In this document: positions 44,187 through 54,055 of the stretch, in pieces
Layout: each line of letters begins with the position of its first letter
Numbering within the stretch: position 1 is the first letter of the stretch
Source of the DNA: TPA_inf: Saccharomyces
Lineage: Eukaryota
Direction: 5' to 3'
Length of the DNA stretch: 64,000 nucleotides
Assembly: GCA_000146045.2 (NCBI GenBank)
Contig: BK006948.2
Span: forward strand, 224,001-288,000
The notes under the pieces: generated by a model
What the model was told of the DNA's origin: nothing
What the model saw: only the letters and a program-made list of their open reading frames with translations
Databases searched by the model: none
Position numbers and translations under genes: made by a program

Positions 44187-45641
44187 ATGTTACTACGTTC
44201 TCTTACAAGTGCCTTCGTTTTAAGTGCTGGTTTGGCTCAGGCTGCTAGCAGCAGTAACAGTTCCACACCATCCATTGAAATTAAAGGCAATGCATTTTTT
44301 AATTCGGAATCAGGTGAAAGGTTTTATATCCGTGGTGTTGATTACCAGCCTGGTGGTTCTTCTAACTTGACTGATCCCTTAGCAGACGCATCTGTCTGTG
44401 ACAGAGACGTCCCCGTTCTGAAAGATCTAGGGATAAATACTGTCAGAGTTTATACTGTGGATAACTCGCAAGATCATTCCCATTGTATGAAACTATTGCA
44501 GGAGAACGGTATATACTTGATCCTGGATGTCAATACCCCCACGAGTGCTATTTCTCGTTACGATCCAGCCTGCTCCTATAACGCTGACTACTTACAAAAT
44601 GTCTTTGCCACCATTGATACCTTTGCTGATTACGACAATGTTCTAGGTTTTTTCGCTGGTAACGAGGTCATCAATAGTGTTAATACTACCAACACTGCTA
44701 CTTATGTCAAGGCAGTGGTCAGGGACATGAAGAAATACATCAAGGCTAGAAAATACAGACAAATTCCGGTAGGTTACTCGGCTGCTGATATCGTCGCTAA
44801 CAGACAATTGGCTGCTGAATACTTTAACTGTGGTGATGAAGCTGACGCTAGAATCGACATGTTTGGTGTTAATGACTATTCTTGGTGTGGTGAATCTTCA
44901 TTTGTGGTATCGGGTTATTCCACCAAGATGAAGCTATATCAAGATTACTCCGTTCCTGTCTTCTTAAGTGAATTTGGTTGTAACCAAGTCAAGAGCTCTC
45001 GTCCATTCACAGAAATTGAAGCTATCTATTCCACTCAAATGTCTTCTGTATTCTCCGGTGGGCTAGTCTACGAATATTCCAATGAAACTAACAATTACGG
45101 GCTCGTTCAAATTGATGGTGACAAGGTCACTAAATTGACAGATTTTGAAAACTTGAAAAATGAATACAGCAAAGTATCCAACCCAGAAGGCAATGGTGGT
45201 TACAGTACTTCCAACAACTATTCTACATGTCCTGATTATGAAAAGGGTGTCTGGGAAGCTAATAACACTTTGCCTGCTATGCCAAGTGCTGCTTCTGCTT
45301 ACTTCACATCTGGAGCAGGTTCTCCTATGGGAACCGGAATCGCCACCCAACAAAGTTGTGATGCTAAGGACGATGACGACGAAGAAGACGACGACACCTC
45401 CTCTTCATCCTCTTCTTCCTCTTCATCTTCATCTTCCGCTTCTTCATCTTCTGAATCATCATCCTCGACTTCAAAGGCATCTTCCTCCTCCCCTTCTGCT
45501 AGCGAAACGAGCTTGCTAAAATCTGCCGCATCTGCTACTTCGTCCAGCCAATCGTCCTCGAAATCAAAGGGTGCTGCCGGAATTATTGAGATTCCTTTGA
45601 TATTCCGTGCTTTGGCAGAACTTTATAACTTGGTTTTATGA
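44187..45641 (+). CDS. GAS5: GH72 beta-1,3-glucanosyltransferase with Ser-rich stalk and GPI-anchor signal, 484 aa
   Basis: It has a signal peptide and a GH72 catalytic region (FFAGNEV...SEFGCN), followed by a poly-Ser tract and a hydrophobic C-terminus. Confidence 0.88.
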   Translation: MLLRSLTSAFVLSAGLAQAASSSNSSTPSIEIKGNAFFNSESGERFYIRGVDYQPGGSSNLTDPLADASVCDRDVPVLKDLGINTVRVYTVDNSQDHSHCMKLLQENGIYLILDVNTPTSAISRYDPACSYNADYLQNVFATIDTFADYDNVLGFFAGNEVINSVNTTNTATYVKAVVRDMKKYIKARKYRQIPVGYSAADIVANRQLAAEYFNCGDEADARIDMFGVNDYSWCGESSFVVSGYSTKMKLYQDYSVPVFLSEFGCNQVKSSRPFTEIEAIYSTQMSSVFSGGLVYEYSNETNNYGLVQIDGDKVTKLTDFENLKNEYSKVSNPEGNGGYSTSNNYSTCPDYEKGVWEANNTLPAMPSAASAYFTSGAGSPMGTGIATQQSCDAKDDDDEEDDDTSSSSSSSSSSSSSASSSSESSSSTSKASSSSPSASETSLLKSAASATSSSQSSSKSKGAAGIIEIPLIFRALAELYNLVL

Positions 45642-45814
45642 GTTTTCACCCCCGTTCTTTACCACATTGTTTCTAATTATTCCGTTAGCGCCGCTTACTT
45701 TTAATGTTCTTAAGATAAAAAAACATCATTAATATTATTATTAAAAAATTCATATATATACCTATATCTATATGCACTATTTATGCTTCCACTTTTCTTT
45801 TCTTTCTAAATACA

Positions 45815-46420
45815 TCATTCCAAGACGTTTTTGTCCATCTTATGTAATGCATCCTTGATGCTTTGCAATTCTACTTTCTGTCCACGAACGTGCAATCCAG
45901 ATGCAATGTTCTCTAACGCTGATGAGATCGAAGTTGAATCCTCAGGATTTAGTTGTTCTTGGATACTTTTATTTTTTTGCATATGTTGACGGATTTTTTG
46001 ATATGTGTAACTGATCGGCAGATACCTCTTTGCATCGGAAGCCGCATTCATTTGTGCATTCTTGCAGGAACATATTTCGGGTAGCTTGATTGAATTGTAA
46101 TTTACGTCAGTTTGTTGTTCATTTAGATCCGGTGACAACGCACTGTTGGAAGAGAAAGAGCTTGAACTACATTTATTCGAAAGTGATTGACAAAAATTCC
46201 TACTATGGGGGTCTGATCTACATTGCTTGCAGCTTCCAGGTATCCATGACCCATCCTCTTTAGTGATCGGTCTATTCTCGCTATCGTAGATTTCTTTGTC
46301 TCCACAGCATTTCGATATTGATTTCTTAGCATCGGATTCTATTTTCTTTTCTGAACAGCAAACGGGGACTAAGGATGGCATTATGTTATTCTTTTGGTTG
46401 CAACATGTTACTGGTTTCAT
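45815..46420 (-). pseudogene. Cys-rich ORF (201 aa from MKPVTCC; the open frame extends upstream to 46639); probable severed C-terminal half of the upstream bZIP gene
   Basis: The open frame on this strand runs from 46676 without an ATG and overlaps the YAP7 stop by 7 nt in another frame. It contains Cys clusters (KCCRNKD, TCCNQ, VCCSEKK, SCKQCRSD, CSCKNA) typical of YAP-family redox domains. This is the YOL029C position. Confidence 0.6.
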
Positions 46421-46632
46421 GGCATCTTTATTCCTACAACATTTTATTTTTTTGTTGCCACTGCCTGCACATGCATTGATACTGCTGCTGCATGAAGACA
46501 GAGGTGAATTAATATGGCCATCAAGCGATGAATTCGTTGAACTAAACTGTCTGCCGCTCAGATATTGATAATCGTTGGCTATATCAATCTCAGACAAAGA
46601 CTGGTCTGTTAATACCGCGGGCACATGAGATG

Positions 46633-47370
46633 TTAACAATGGGCCTTCAGCTTTCCTTTTTTTAAACTGACAGCGCCGATTGGTTTAAAGTTTTCTACCA
46701 TTTCTAATATCGAAATAGGATTGTCTGGCGGGTTTTCTGGCTGCTGTTGAAATGGAGTATTAACAATCAAAGGCAAGGCTTTTTGCAATTCGTTGTTTAA
46801 TGCTATTGATTTTTGCAAGTTTTCCTTTGTATCGGAAAACTCAGATTCCAGCAGTTTATATTTCCTTTGCCAATCATCGACCAAATTGTGTAGCATCTCA
46901 ACCTTCTCTTCCAGAACCTGGATTCTTGTTGTTCTGCGTTCCCTATATGCTCTTTGCGCATCTCTATTTTGCCTCCTTCGCTTTTCCACGCTATCGACAC
47001 CGTTTTCATCACCACTTCCGTTGCCTTCATCATCAGATTTCCCCTCATGACCTTTTGCGCCTTCGTTCTCATGATCTTTTGTGGTCATTTGGTCTTTCTG
47101 GTTGGAAGTTTGAACCTTCTTTATCTTGGACGATCCATCATTATTAGCTGATGCATCCCCGCGCTTGGATTTCGGTTTGCGGCCCGGTTTTAGGCGCTGT
47201 GGTAACTCCCAATTCTTGGATAACTTAATAGCTGACGGTCCTGATGTACTCACATTTCCATCTGGTGAGGATGGAGGTGGAGACGTCGTAGACATGGAAC
47301 CCTGTTTATGCCCCAATTTGAAGCCTTTGGGCTTTACGCTAACTGCTACTACAGACCTTCGTTGTCTCAT
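46633..47370 (-). CDS. YAP7: bZIP (YAP family) transcription factor, truncated form, 245 aa from MRQRRS
   Basis: It has a basic region-leucine zipper (KRRRQNRDAQRAYRERRTTRIQVLEEKVEMLHNLVDDWQRKYKLLESEF). The stop at 46633-46635 sits just 3' of an A7 run on the coding strand. Confidence 0.8.
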   Translation of the reverse strand: MRQRRSVVAVSVKPKGFKLGHKQGSMSTTSPPPSSPDGNVSTSGPSAIKLSKNWELPQRLKPGRKPKSKRGDASANNDGSSKIKKVQTSNQKDQMTTKDHENEGAKGHEGKSDDEGNGSGDENGVDSVEKRRRQNRDAQRAYRERRTTRIQVLEEKVEMLHNLVDDWQRKYKLLESEFSDTKENLQKSIALNNELQKALPLIVNTPFQQQPENPPDNPISILEMVENFKPIGAVSLKKGKLKAHC

Positions 47371-48002
47371 GATCCATTGAAAGTGTGCGTAAATGACAAA
47401 ATTTTGTGCCTTTCTATATTCTTTAATTGATGATTTACTTCCTTGATAACGGCTCAACAAACGAAGAGCAATTTTCAAATTTCAAAAGAAAAAACCGTTG
47501 AAACTGTTCTTGAGCAACTTTCAAGCCTCTTATGATGATGTGCTACAGATTGAAGTACAGGTGAAAAGAGGAATAACCAATAGCCTTGTTTGCTTTCTAC
47601 GGTGGGGCAGCGGATTTTCTCTTTTATGCTTATGCTTCTTCTTCCATATATTACTAATTTTTCTCGAGCGAGCAGCTTTACTGCGTGCATTACCGATGAA
47701 AAAAATCGCCGATATATGAAAATCCAGCTCATAAGATGCTGATTAAGGAGTCATGAGTGAAAGGACCCTCGTGGCCATCACAAAAAAGACACTTTGCTCC
47801 TGTATAAAAAAAAAAATAAGGCGGTAGTTTAGATAGGGTGTCTATTATATACATGCATAATAATTTAGTTTTGAAGGGTCGCTGGTTTTGCCGTGACGTA
47901 CGCTTCTCTTTGATCTTTTGCCATTGTTGTCAGAGAAAAGAGAACCGATTGACTTTTTTTTTTTAGTTTTTTTTAGTTTTTTTCTTAGGCTTTGATCTAA
48001 TA

Positions 48003-49724
48003 TCAATCTTTCTTAATGACAAAAGTCTTCGCAGCTTGATCGGCCGGAATGGGAGGTACAGATTTTGCTTCTTCCTCTTCATCTAGGTTGATATCATCTG
48101 GCACATGCTCTCTCGAAGCTCTTTGCTTAGCTTCCTCTTCCTCCTTCTTTATTAGTTCTTCTTGCTCCTTCAAAACGTTCAATTTGAACTCGTTATCGTC
48201 GGATGTCTTCTTTTCTTCAGCTTCCGTGGCTTCCGCAGAGTCGGTAGGCTCTGCGTTCTCTTTTTCCTGAGATATTTCCTCTGTCTTCGCTGTTTCTGCC
48301 TTTTCATTAACTACGACTAGTTTAGGAGTAACCGCAGAAGCGGTGGTAGCTATAACAGACTCTTTTGCGGTGGCTTCTTCCTTCGGTATAGCAGTTTCCT
48401 CGGGTTTTTCTTCCGTCTTTATCTTCTTTTCAGCAACTTGCTTTTCAGCTTCAGTTTCAGCAGCGGATGATTTCGATTCAGATACATCTAGTTTTGCGAC
48501 GTTGTAAACGGGATCTGGAATGGAACTTAGCACTTGTAATATACCGTCGTAGTACAGATCCAAAAGGTCGTCATATTTGCTTTTTGTTTCTTTTTTTTCA
48601 GCTAGTGGCGAGAATGCCTTTGAATAGTTCTCCTTTGGAAGTCCTCCAAACGTGAACGTGGAACTCAAAACCATCAAGACGGATGGGATTTTTTGTCTCA
48701 GTCTCAATTCTAGCCAAACTTTTAGATTATCGACCAAGTCCTCCTTGGATACACCGTACGCTTTCATACCACGAGACACACAAGCTTGATACAGCTCTTC
48801 TTGCGATAAACTTTCAACGCCTTCGTAGTCAATAGTTTTATCGTCGTTCATTATATCCTTTAGTTTGGAACGAATTTGGTAACGAAGCATGTTATCGTTA
48901 CCAAATGGCCTTAGTGACATAAACTTCGACATTGCTGCCAATTGTGGTCTTGACAAGTTATCCAAAACGCTATCGTTTTTGAACATTTGCGCAATGGCGC
49001 TTATTTCATCGTGTTGGAAAGTCATAATCTTACCTTCCTTGGCAGAATAAAGCTTCCGGAAAAAATTCAAAAATTTTTGCTTCTTCTCTGCATTTTCAAT
49101 GGTGTTGTAAGTGATCAAATTGGATTCTTCCAAAGTCTCATGCAAGAATTCGGATGTCTTTTTTCTGATCTCGATGAGCTTATTTCTCTTGGCTTGCTTA
49201 TCCTTGCCGGATTCGTAAGTGGAGGGTAGTAAGTTGGGGAAGAGTTTCAAAGCGAAAGGCAAAAATAGTTCGGCGAATGGAATAATAAGGAACGCTGAAA
49301 AAGGGATCAACCTAAACACATCGCCCATTGTCCTCCTCAATTGGTTCCTCTCTCTTCTAGACAACTCGTAACCCTGAGCAAATTTAATCAAAAGCTTAGT
49401 AGAAACTTTGATTTCGTAACCCAAAAGTTTCGTCCCATTAGCATAATGTTTCAAGGCGTGCTTCACTTTGACCATAAGCGTCTCCTTGGGCTTGGCAGGA
49501 GCATCGGTGGATGTTGGAGCTACGGGCTTCGTAACACTTTTCGACTTATCAGTAGAATAAAATCTCAAAGATAAAGGATAGTTGGGCTGTACTCCTTGCG
49601 CTCTCAAAGGCCAATGACACGAGGGAATAGTGGAAGCTATTAATCTAGGGCCTTGATTTTTAACAAAATACAAGCTTGCTTGACGTCTTGTCACACATGA
49701 CGCTCTTGATGCGAAATTCAACAT
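48003..49724 (-). CDS. MDM38: LETM1-family mitochondrial inner-membrane K+/H+ exchange and ribosome-receptor protein, 573 aa
   Basis: It has a LETM1-like domain and a TM segment ([22 protein letters not shown]). Confidence 0.85.
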
Positions 49725-50011
49725 CTTAGTATATTATCTGTAGTGATAGAGATAGCGTATATTATGCGCTGCCTGAAATGCACTGCGCTGTTCATATTCA
49801 TCACCGTGGCAATGACTGATCCATTTATTTGGAGATGATTCAACGAATAATTTTTCACCGCGGGATTATCGCCCAAGACGGGGTCGTTTGAGGGTAATAC
49901 CGTGGCTAGCTTTATGGCTTGTGAAACTATTGCCAGTTATGTGGTTACGTATAATCTACCGTATGTGTGTGTGTATTTATTTATGTAGGTTGCTAATGCT
50001 TTGGTGATCGT

Positions 50012-50353
50012 TTAAAGGAACTTGGACGCAACCCTCCCACGGGTGCCAGGGCTTGAAATCTCTTTCAATGCTGCTATTTTGCGCGACTCTGGGTACACCT
50101 TATACCCCTTGTTTCTATGGTTAAACCAATTGAATCTCCAGCAGAGCTCGTGAGCAAATAGCTCGCCGAAGCCGAGCATCATGCCGTTGAGGAAGGGCAA
50201 AAGTAGGTTGATGGAGCACGAGCCTACAAAGGATACAAGGCTCTGCACAAGTGGGCTCTCGTCGGCACTCACTGTGTTCTGCACCTCCATACAGTCTTTG
50301 TCTTCTGATTCGTCATCTGACACGCTCTCCCAGAATCCCACAACCTCTGTCAT
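50012..50353 (-). CDS. MIM1: small mitochondrial outer-membrane import protein, 113 aa
   Basis: A 113-aa ORF with a single TM carrying a GxxxG-like motif (LLLPFLNGMMLGFGELFAHEL), at the YOL026C position. Confidence 0.75.
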   Translation of the reverse strand: MTEVVGFWESVSDDESEDKDCMEVQNTVSADESPLVQSLVSFVGSCSINLLLPFLNGMMLGFGELFAHELCWRFNWFNHRNKGYKVYPESRKIAALKEISSPGTRGRVASKFL

Positions 50354-50672
50354 ATTTCTGTCTTGTGGCAGTTTCGTAAGAAGGGGGGTGATGTTTCTAA
50401 TATTACAGTGATGTTCTATTGTTCAAGTAAAGTGTATGGCTGTTTCTTATGGCGCGGAATATACCACTTCGTTATAAGTGATTACATCTCGTAACGCATT
50501 CCTCTTGTTCAGTGGTAGGGGAGGCCGATGGTAGTGGAATAATACGCTTTTATGGGCCATTGGTATTACTATTTATCTTCGTTATAATAAATAGTACACG
50601 TTGCAGACATATTTGGAGGAGAGTTTTTAAAGTACTGTTGGGGTGCTCTTGCTGTGCATTGTAAGTAATCGT

Positions 50673-50773
50673 GTCCCAGTGGCCGAGTGGTTAAGGCGAT
50701 GCCCTGCTATTTCCTCAGAAAAGCAATTAGGCATTGGGTTTTACCTGCGCAGGTTCGAATCCTGTCTGTGACG
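50673..50773 (+). tRNA. tRNA-Ser (anticodon GCU) containing a 19-nt intron (50710-50728)
   Basis: GTCCCAGTGGCCGAGTGGTTAAGGCGATGCCCTGCTA[tttcctcagaaaagcaatt]AGGCATTGGGTTTTACCTGCGCAGGTTCGAATCCTGTCTGTGACG. It has the long variable arm typical of a Ser tRNA. Confidence 0.9.
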
Positions 50774-50956
50774 CATTTCTTTTTTGTGAATTCTTGCTTC
50801 TTATCCTTCTACAATCCTTTCGTGACATTTATTGAATCATCTCTACAAAATTTTTACACATAGCTAAGGTTAGCTTGTTCTACATTACACAAGTGGTAGC
50901 AAAATCGTTTACATTGCACTCAGCTATATCAACATCACGTTCTACCGCAACTAGTA

Positions 50957-52939
50957 ATGAGCTTGCACATTAGTAAACTGATTGAGCAATATCGTTCCAC
51001 TAAGGACAATGACCTTAAATATATGCTTTTAAGGCAAAACTTTAAAATTAACGACATAGAGGATGAGCTGGCTCCTCTTGTTAACGAATTGCTGCTCCCG
51101 GTATTGGTCGAAGAACAAGACATGGAAATTCTCAACCTAGTATCGTTTCAAGTGCTCCCCGATTTAGTTCTTTCTATGATCAGCGACCCTGCAGCTGCTC
51201 AGTTGGGATGGGTAATAAGCTTGATATGCGACCCTTTATTAAACCAAAGCATGATACATGCAAATCGTTCTTTTGTTCTGATTGAGACACTAAGAAATGT
51301 GTTACAAAAAATTGAAAACTCCCCTCATTTAGATTACCACCAACCAGTAAACAGTTCATTAGAGTTTATCTCCAAATTTATTGTTGAAATGAAAAGGCAT
51401 ATGTGTGATGTGGATGCTGCGCAGCTTTCACATTCACTTTCTGAAAGCAATATGCTAATTTACATAGAATCCCTTAATCTATTGCTAAAATTTAGCTTCT
51501 TTTCAGACGCGGCAAGTCCTTCAGTAATGGTCACACTGCCCTTTGATATTTTGAATGACGTTTTTACAATTGCGCAGGACTATTCTGCTACGAATACAAA
51601 TGAAAGCATTGATAGGATCACAGAAAAATTACTTTTGACTTCTACGCAATTAACTCATCCGGTGGACCTGGAAAATTTATGCCCCAAAATGAAGTACAAT
51701 ACTTTAGCAGCAGTTTCTCGAATATGGTACAAATTTGGCCCCATAGTCGATAAATTATTTACTAACCGGCTATTACCGGTTCTATTCCCCCCGCAAATGG
51801 GAGAAGAATGTAACGTCGAAGATGTTCTCGAAATAGTTCATAACTTCCATCCATATTTTTCTATTCGTAGGCTAAAGGATAATAGGCCTCTATTGTCAGA
51901 TTCGACTATTAGCCAGCTAAGAGAGGGTTTGTTTGGTATGCTCAGCATATTAAACGACTCGCTGACAAGGACGCAAAATGAAAACGACCATGGTAGCGAC
52001 AATCTGATCGACAGTGACGACGGATTTGGCTCAGACAACGATCCTGAACAACAAGCGTACCTCGATGAACTCGTATCAGAAGGTTATGACGAAAACATGT
52101 ATGACGGTGATACGGATGACGAAGACGCAGATGATATAAACGTTGAAAAAAATGATGAAGCCACCAAAGACATTACAGAAACGAACAAAATCCTTTTAAT
52201 CTTTTCTGAGTTACATTATCCTCAGGAGGAGCGCTTCTCTGAACTGTTGGTTGAGTTGCAGACTAAGATCGCTATAAACACATCCTTAATTGATAAAATT
52301 CTTTCAAAAGAGACAACAGAATTACCCACTCACAATGGGGAAATCGCAGATTTGAACGAAATTCTAAATGAAGTGAAAGGCAATAAACCAATTAGAAAAA
52401 ACGTTATTTTTTGTACGTTAGCGCATACTTTGTCGTTGCAATCCGGTTCCGAATTGTCTGTTCTACAGCTATCAATAGAGGTTATTGATCATCTGCTGGT
52501 TAAAAATCATTCAAATAACATCACTCGTGGCGAGCAATTTCAATTGATTAAGTTGATATTACCCCATCTAAAAACAAATAAATCTTTTATTGATACATTA
52601 AAAGCAGGAAATTTTACCCAAAAAATTGATGAAGGAGTGACCTTAAGAACAATGATTCTTTCTCTACTACTACAACTATTCCCACTGGATTACTCTATGC
52701 TAGGTGAGATTTTACCCACTATTGCGCGATATTCTGTAAGGGATAAGGATCTTGGGGTGAGAGATCTGTCCTTCCAATTGCTGGACCAAATTCTACGCAC
52801 ATACTATAATTACCTAATTGGTATCGATTGGGAATGGTATAAAGATGACTTCTATCAAGTTTTGCAAGAAACTTGTATTAAAAAAGACATAAATACCAAC
52901 CTCTTGCTACAATTTCCTCCTTATCTCCCTCATGACTAG
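50957..52939 (+). CDS. LAG2: longevity-assurance / cullin-regulatory protein, 660 aa
   Basis: The 660-aa length matches YOL025W, and there is an acidic DG/DE-rich central stretch. Confidence 0.75.
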   Translation: MSLHISKLIEQYRSTKDNDLKYMLLRQNFKINDIEDELAPLVNELLLPVLVEEQDMEILNLVSFQVLPDLVLSMISDPAAAQLGWVISLICDPLLNQSMIHANRSFVLIETLRNVLQKIENSPHLDYHQPVNSSLEFISKFIVEMKRHMCDVDAAQLSHSLSESNMLIYIESLNLLLKFSFFSDAASPSVMVTLPFDILNDVFTIAQDYSATNTNESIDRITEKLLLTSTQLTHPVDLENLCPKMKYNTLAAVSRIWYKFGPIVDKLFTNRLLPVLFPPQMGEECNVEDVLEIVHNFHPYFSIRRLKDNRPLLSDSTISQLREGLFGMLSILNDSLTRTQNENDHGSDNLIDSDDGFGSDNDPEQQAYLDELVSEGYDENMYDGDTDDEDADDINVEKNDEATKDITETNKILLIFSELHYPQEERFSELLVELQTKIAINTSLIDKILSKETTELPTHNGEIADLNEILNEVKGNKPIRKNVIFCTLAHTLSLQSGSELSVLQLSIEVIDHLLVKNHSNNITRGEQFQLIKLILPHLKTNKSFIDTLKAGNFTQKIDEGVTLRTMILSLLLQLFPLDYSMLGEILPTIARYSVRDKDLGVRDLSFQLLDQILRTYYNYLIGIDWEWYKDDFYQVLQETCIKKDINTNLLLQFPPYLPHD

Positions 52940-53085
52940 ATAGTTTTATACCAAATACATCATGCATCTTTTTTTTTTCCTTATAGTTTGTGTCATCAAC
53001 ATGTTTTTGCCCGTATTAATACACAATAATCTATCCTCTCAGGCAGGGAGAAGAAAACTAAATATACATAGCACCCTCACACAGG

Positions 53086-53604
53086 ATGTCAAAACTATCG
53101 TCTTATCCTCATGCCGCCGATTTTATAAATATGGAAGAACCGCCAAAATCTAAAGAGTTTTTCGATGATCTTTGTGCCGTCCCTAATTTACTCAAAAGAC
53201 GTTTTCCAAACTCTCGAAGATCGACGCATTATTGTGAGGCTTTAAATTATTCTAGGAAAAAGCTTCCTGTTGTGTTGTCTAAAATGACACTGCAAGAGTT
53301 GAGGCACAATATGTCAACATTTTTTTTGCAGGAAAAGGATCAAATAAATATTTATGACACCTGTAAGGTGATAGACATGGGGGACCGTGTCTTGCTCGAA
53401 ACTATGCCTCCACAGCCAAGAGATTTATTTGAAAAATTGCATGCAAGTAAAACAAATTTAGTAGTTCAGACAGCAGCTTTGGATGAACCCCTACTTACAG
53501 TAAAAGCAGAGCTACAGTCATCTTCCTTTCCACAAAAATCAAGCCTATTTCTGTATGAGGATTATAAAAAATTTATTTATCAACAACTAGATATGTTTAG
53601 TTAA
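53086..53604 (+). CDS. uncharacterised small protein, 172 aa
   Basis: An ORF at the YOL024W position. I recognise no domain. Confidence 0.55.
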   Translation: MSKLSSYPHAADFINMEEPPKSKEFFDDLCAVPNLLKRRFPNSRRSTHYCEALNYSRKKLPVVLSKMTLQELRHNMSTFFLQEKDQINIYDTCKVIDMGDRVLLETMPPQPRDLFEKLHASKTNLVVQTAALDEPLLTVKAELQSSSFPQKSSLFLYEDYKKFIYQQLDMFS

Positions 53605-54055
53605 TTACTTACGAAAAGAGAGGCTATTGTTTATTGTTGGCCATTTTATTTATTATTATTTTTTTCCACCTTAGCATAAGGAAACACGATTTGGATTTCA
53701 AAAGTAGAGCTTTAATAACAAAAGATAAACAACCACAGTGTCAAGAACGGTTACAACGAGAAGGATAGGCTGATGATTTATCAAACATCTTCTTATTGGT
53801 TCCTAGTAATTTCCCTATTTTTGAGCAACAAAATGTCGGGATAATATTCTCATAATACTCAAACACTCTTAATATCATATATATATATATACAGTCATTT
53901 TTTGTTATTCGTTACCCGAACTTCTTTATTATTATAACCAGGGAACATCAATAACGAGCTACAATAATCATGTTCATCTCCCTCATTGTCTCTTATTTGA
54001 TGTTACACACGCTTTTCTAGCATAGGAGGAACTTCCATATGCATACTAATAGATC

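Noticed and set aside
47948-47990. Long poly(dT) tracts (tttttttttagttttttttagttttttt) between YAP7 and MDM38; similar T17 at 6022-6048 and A-runs at 19128-19140
   Set aside because: These are ordinary yeast nucleosome-depleted-region and terminator poly(dA:dT) tracts and not a distinct element.
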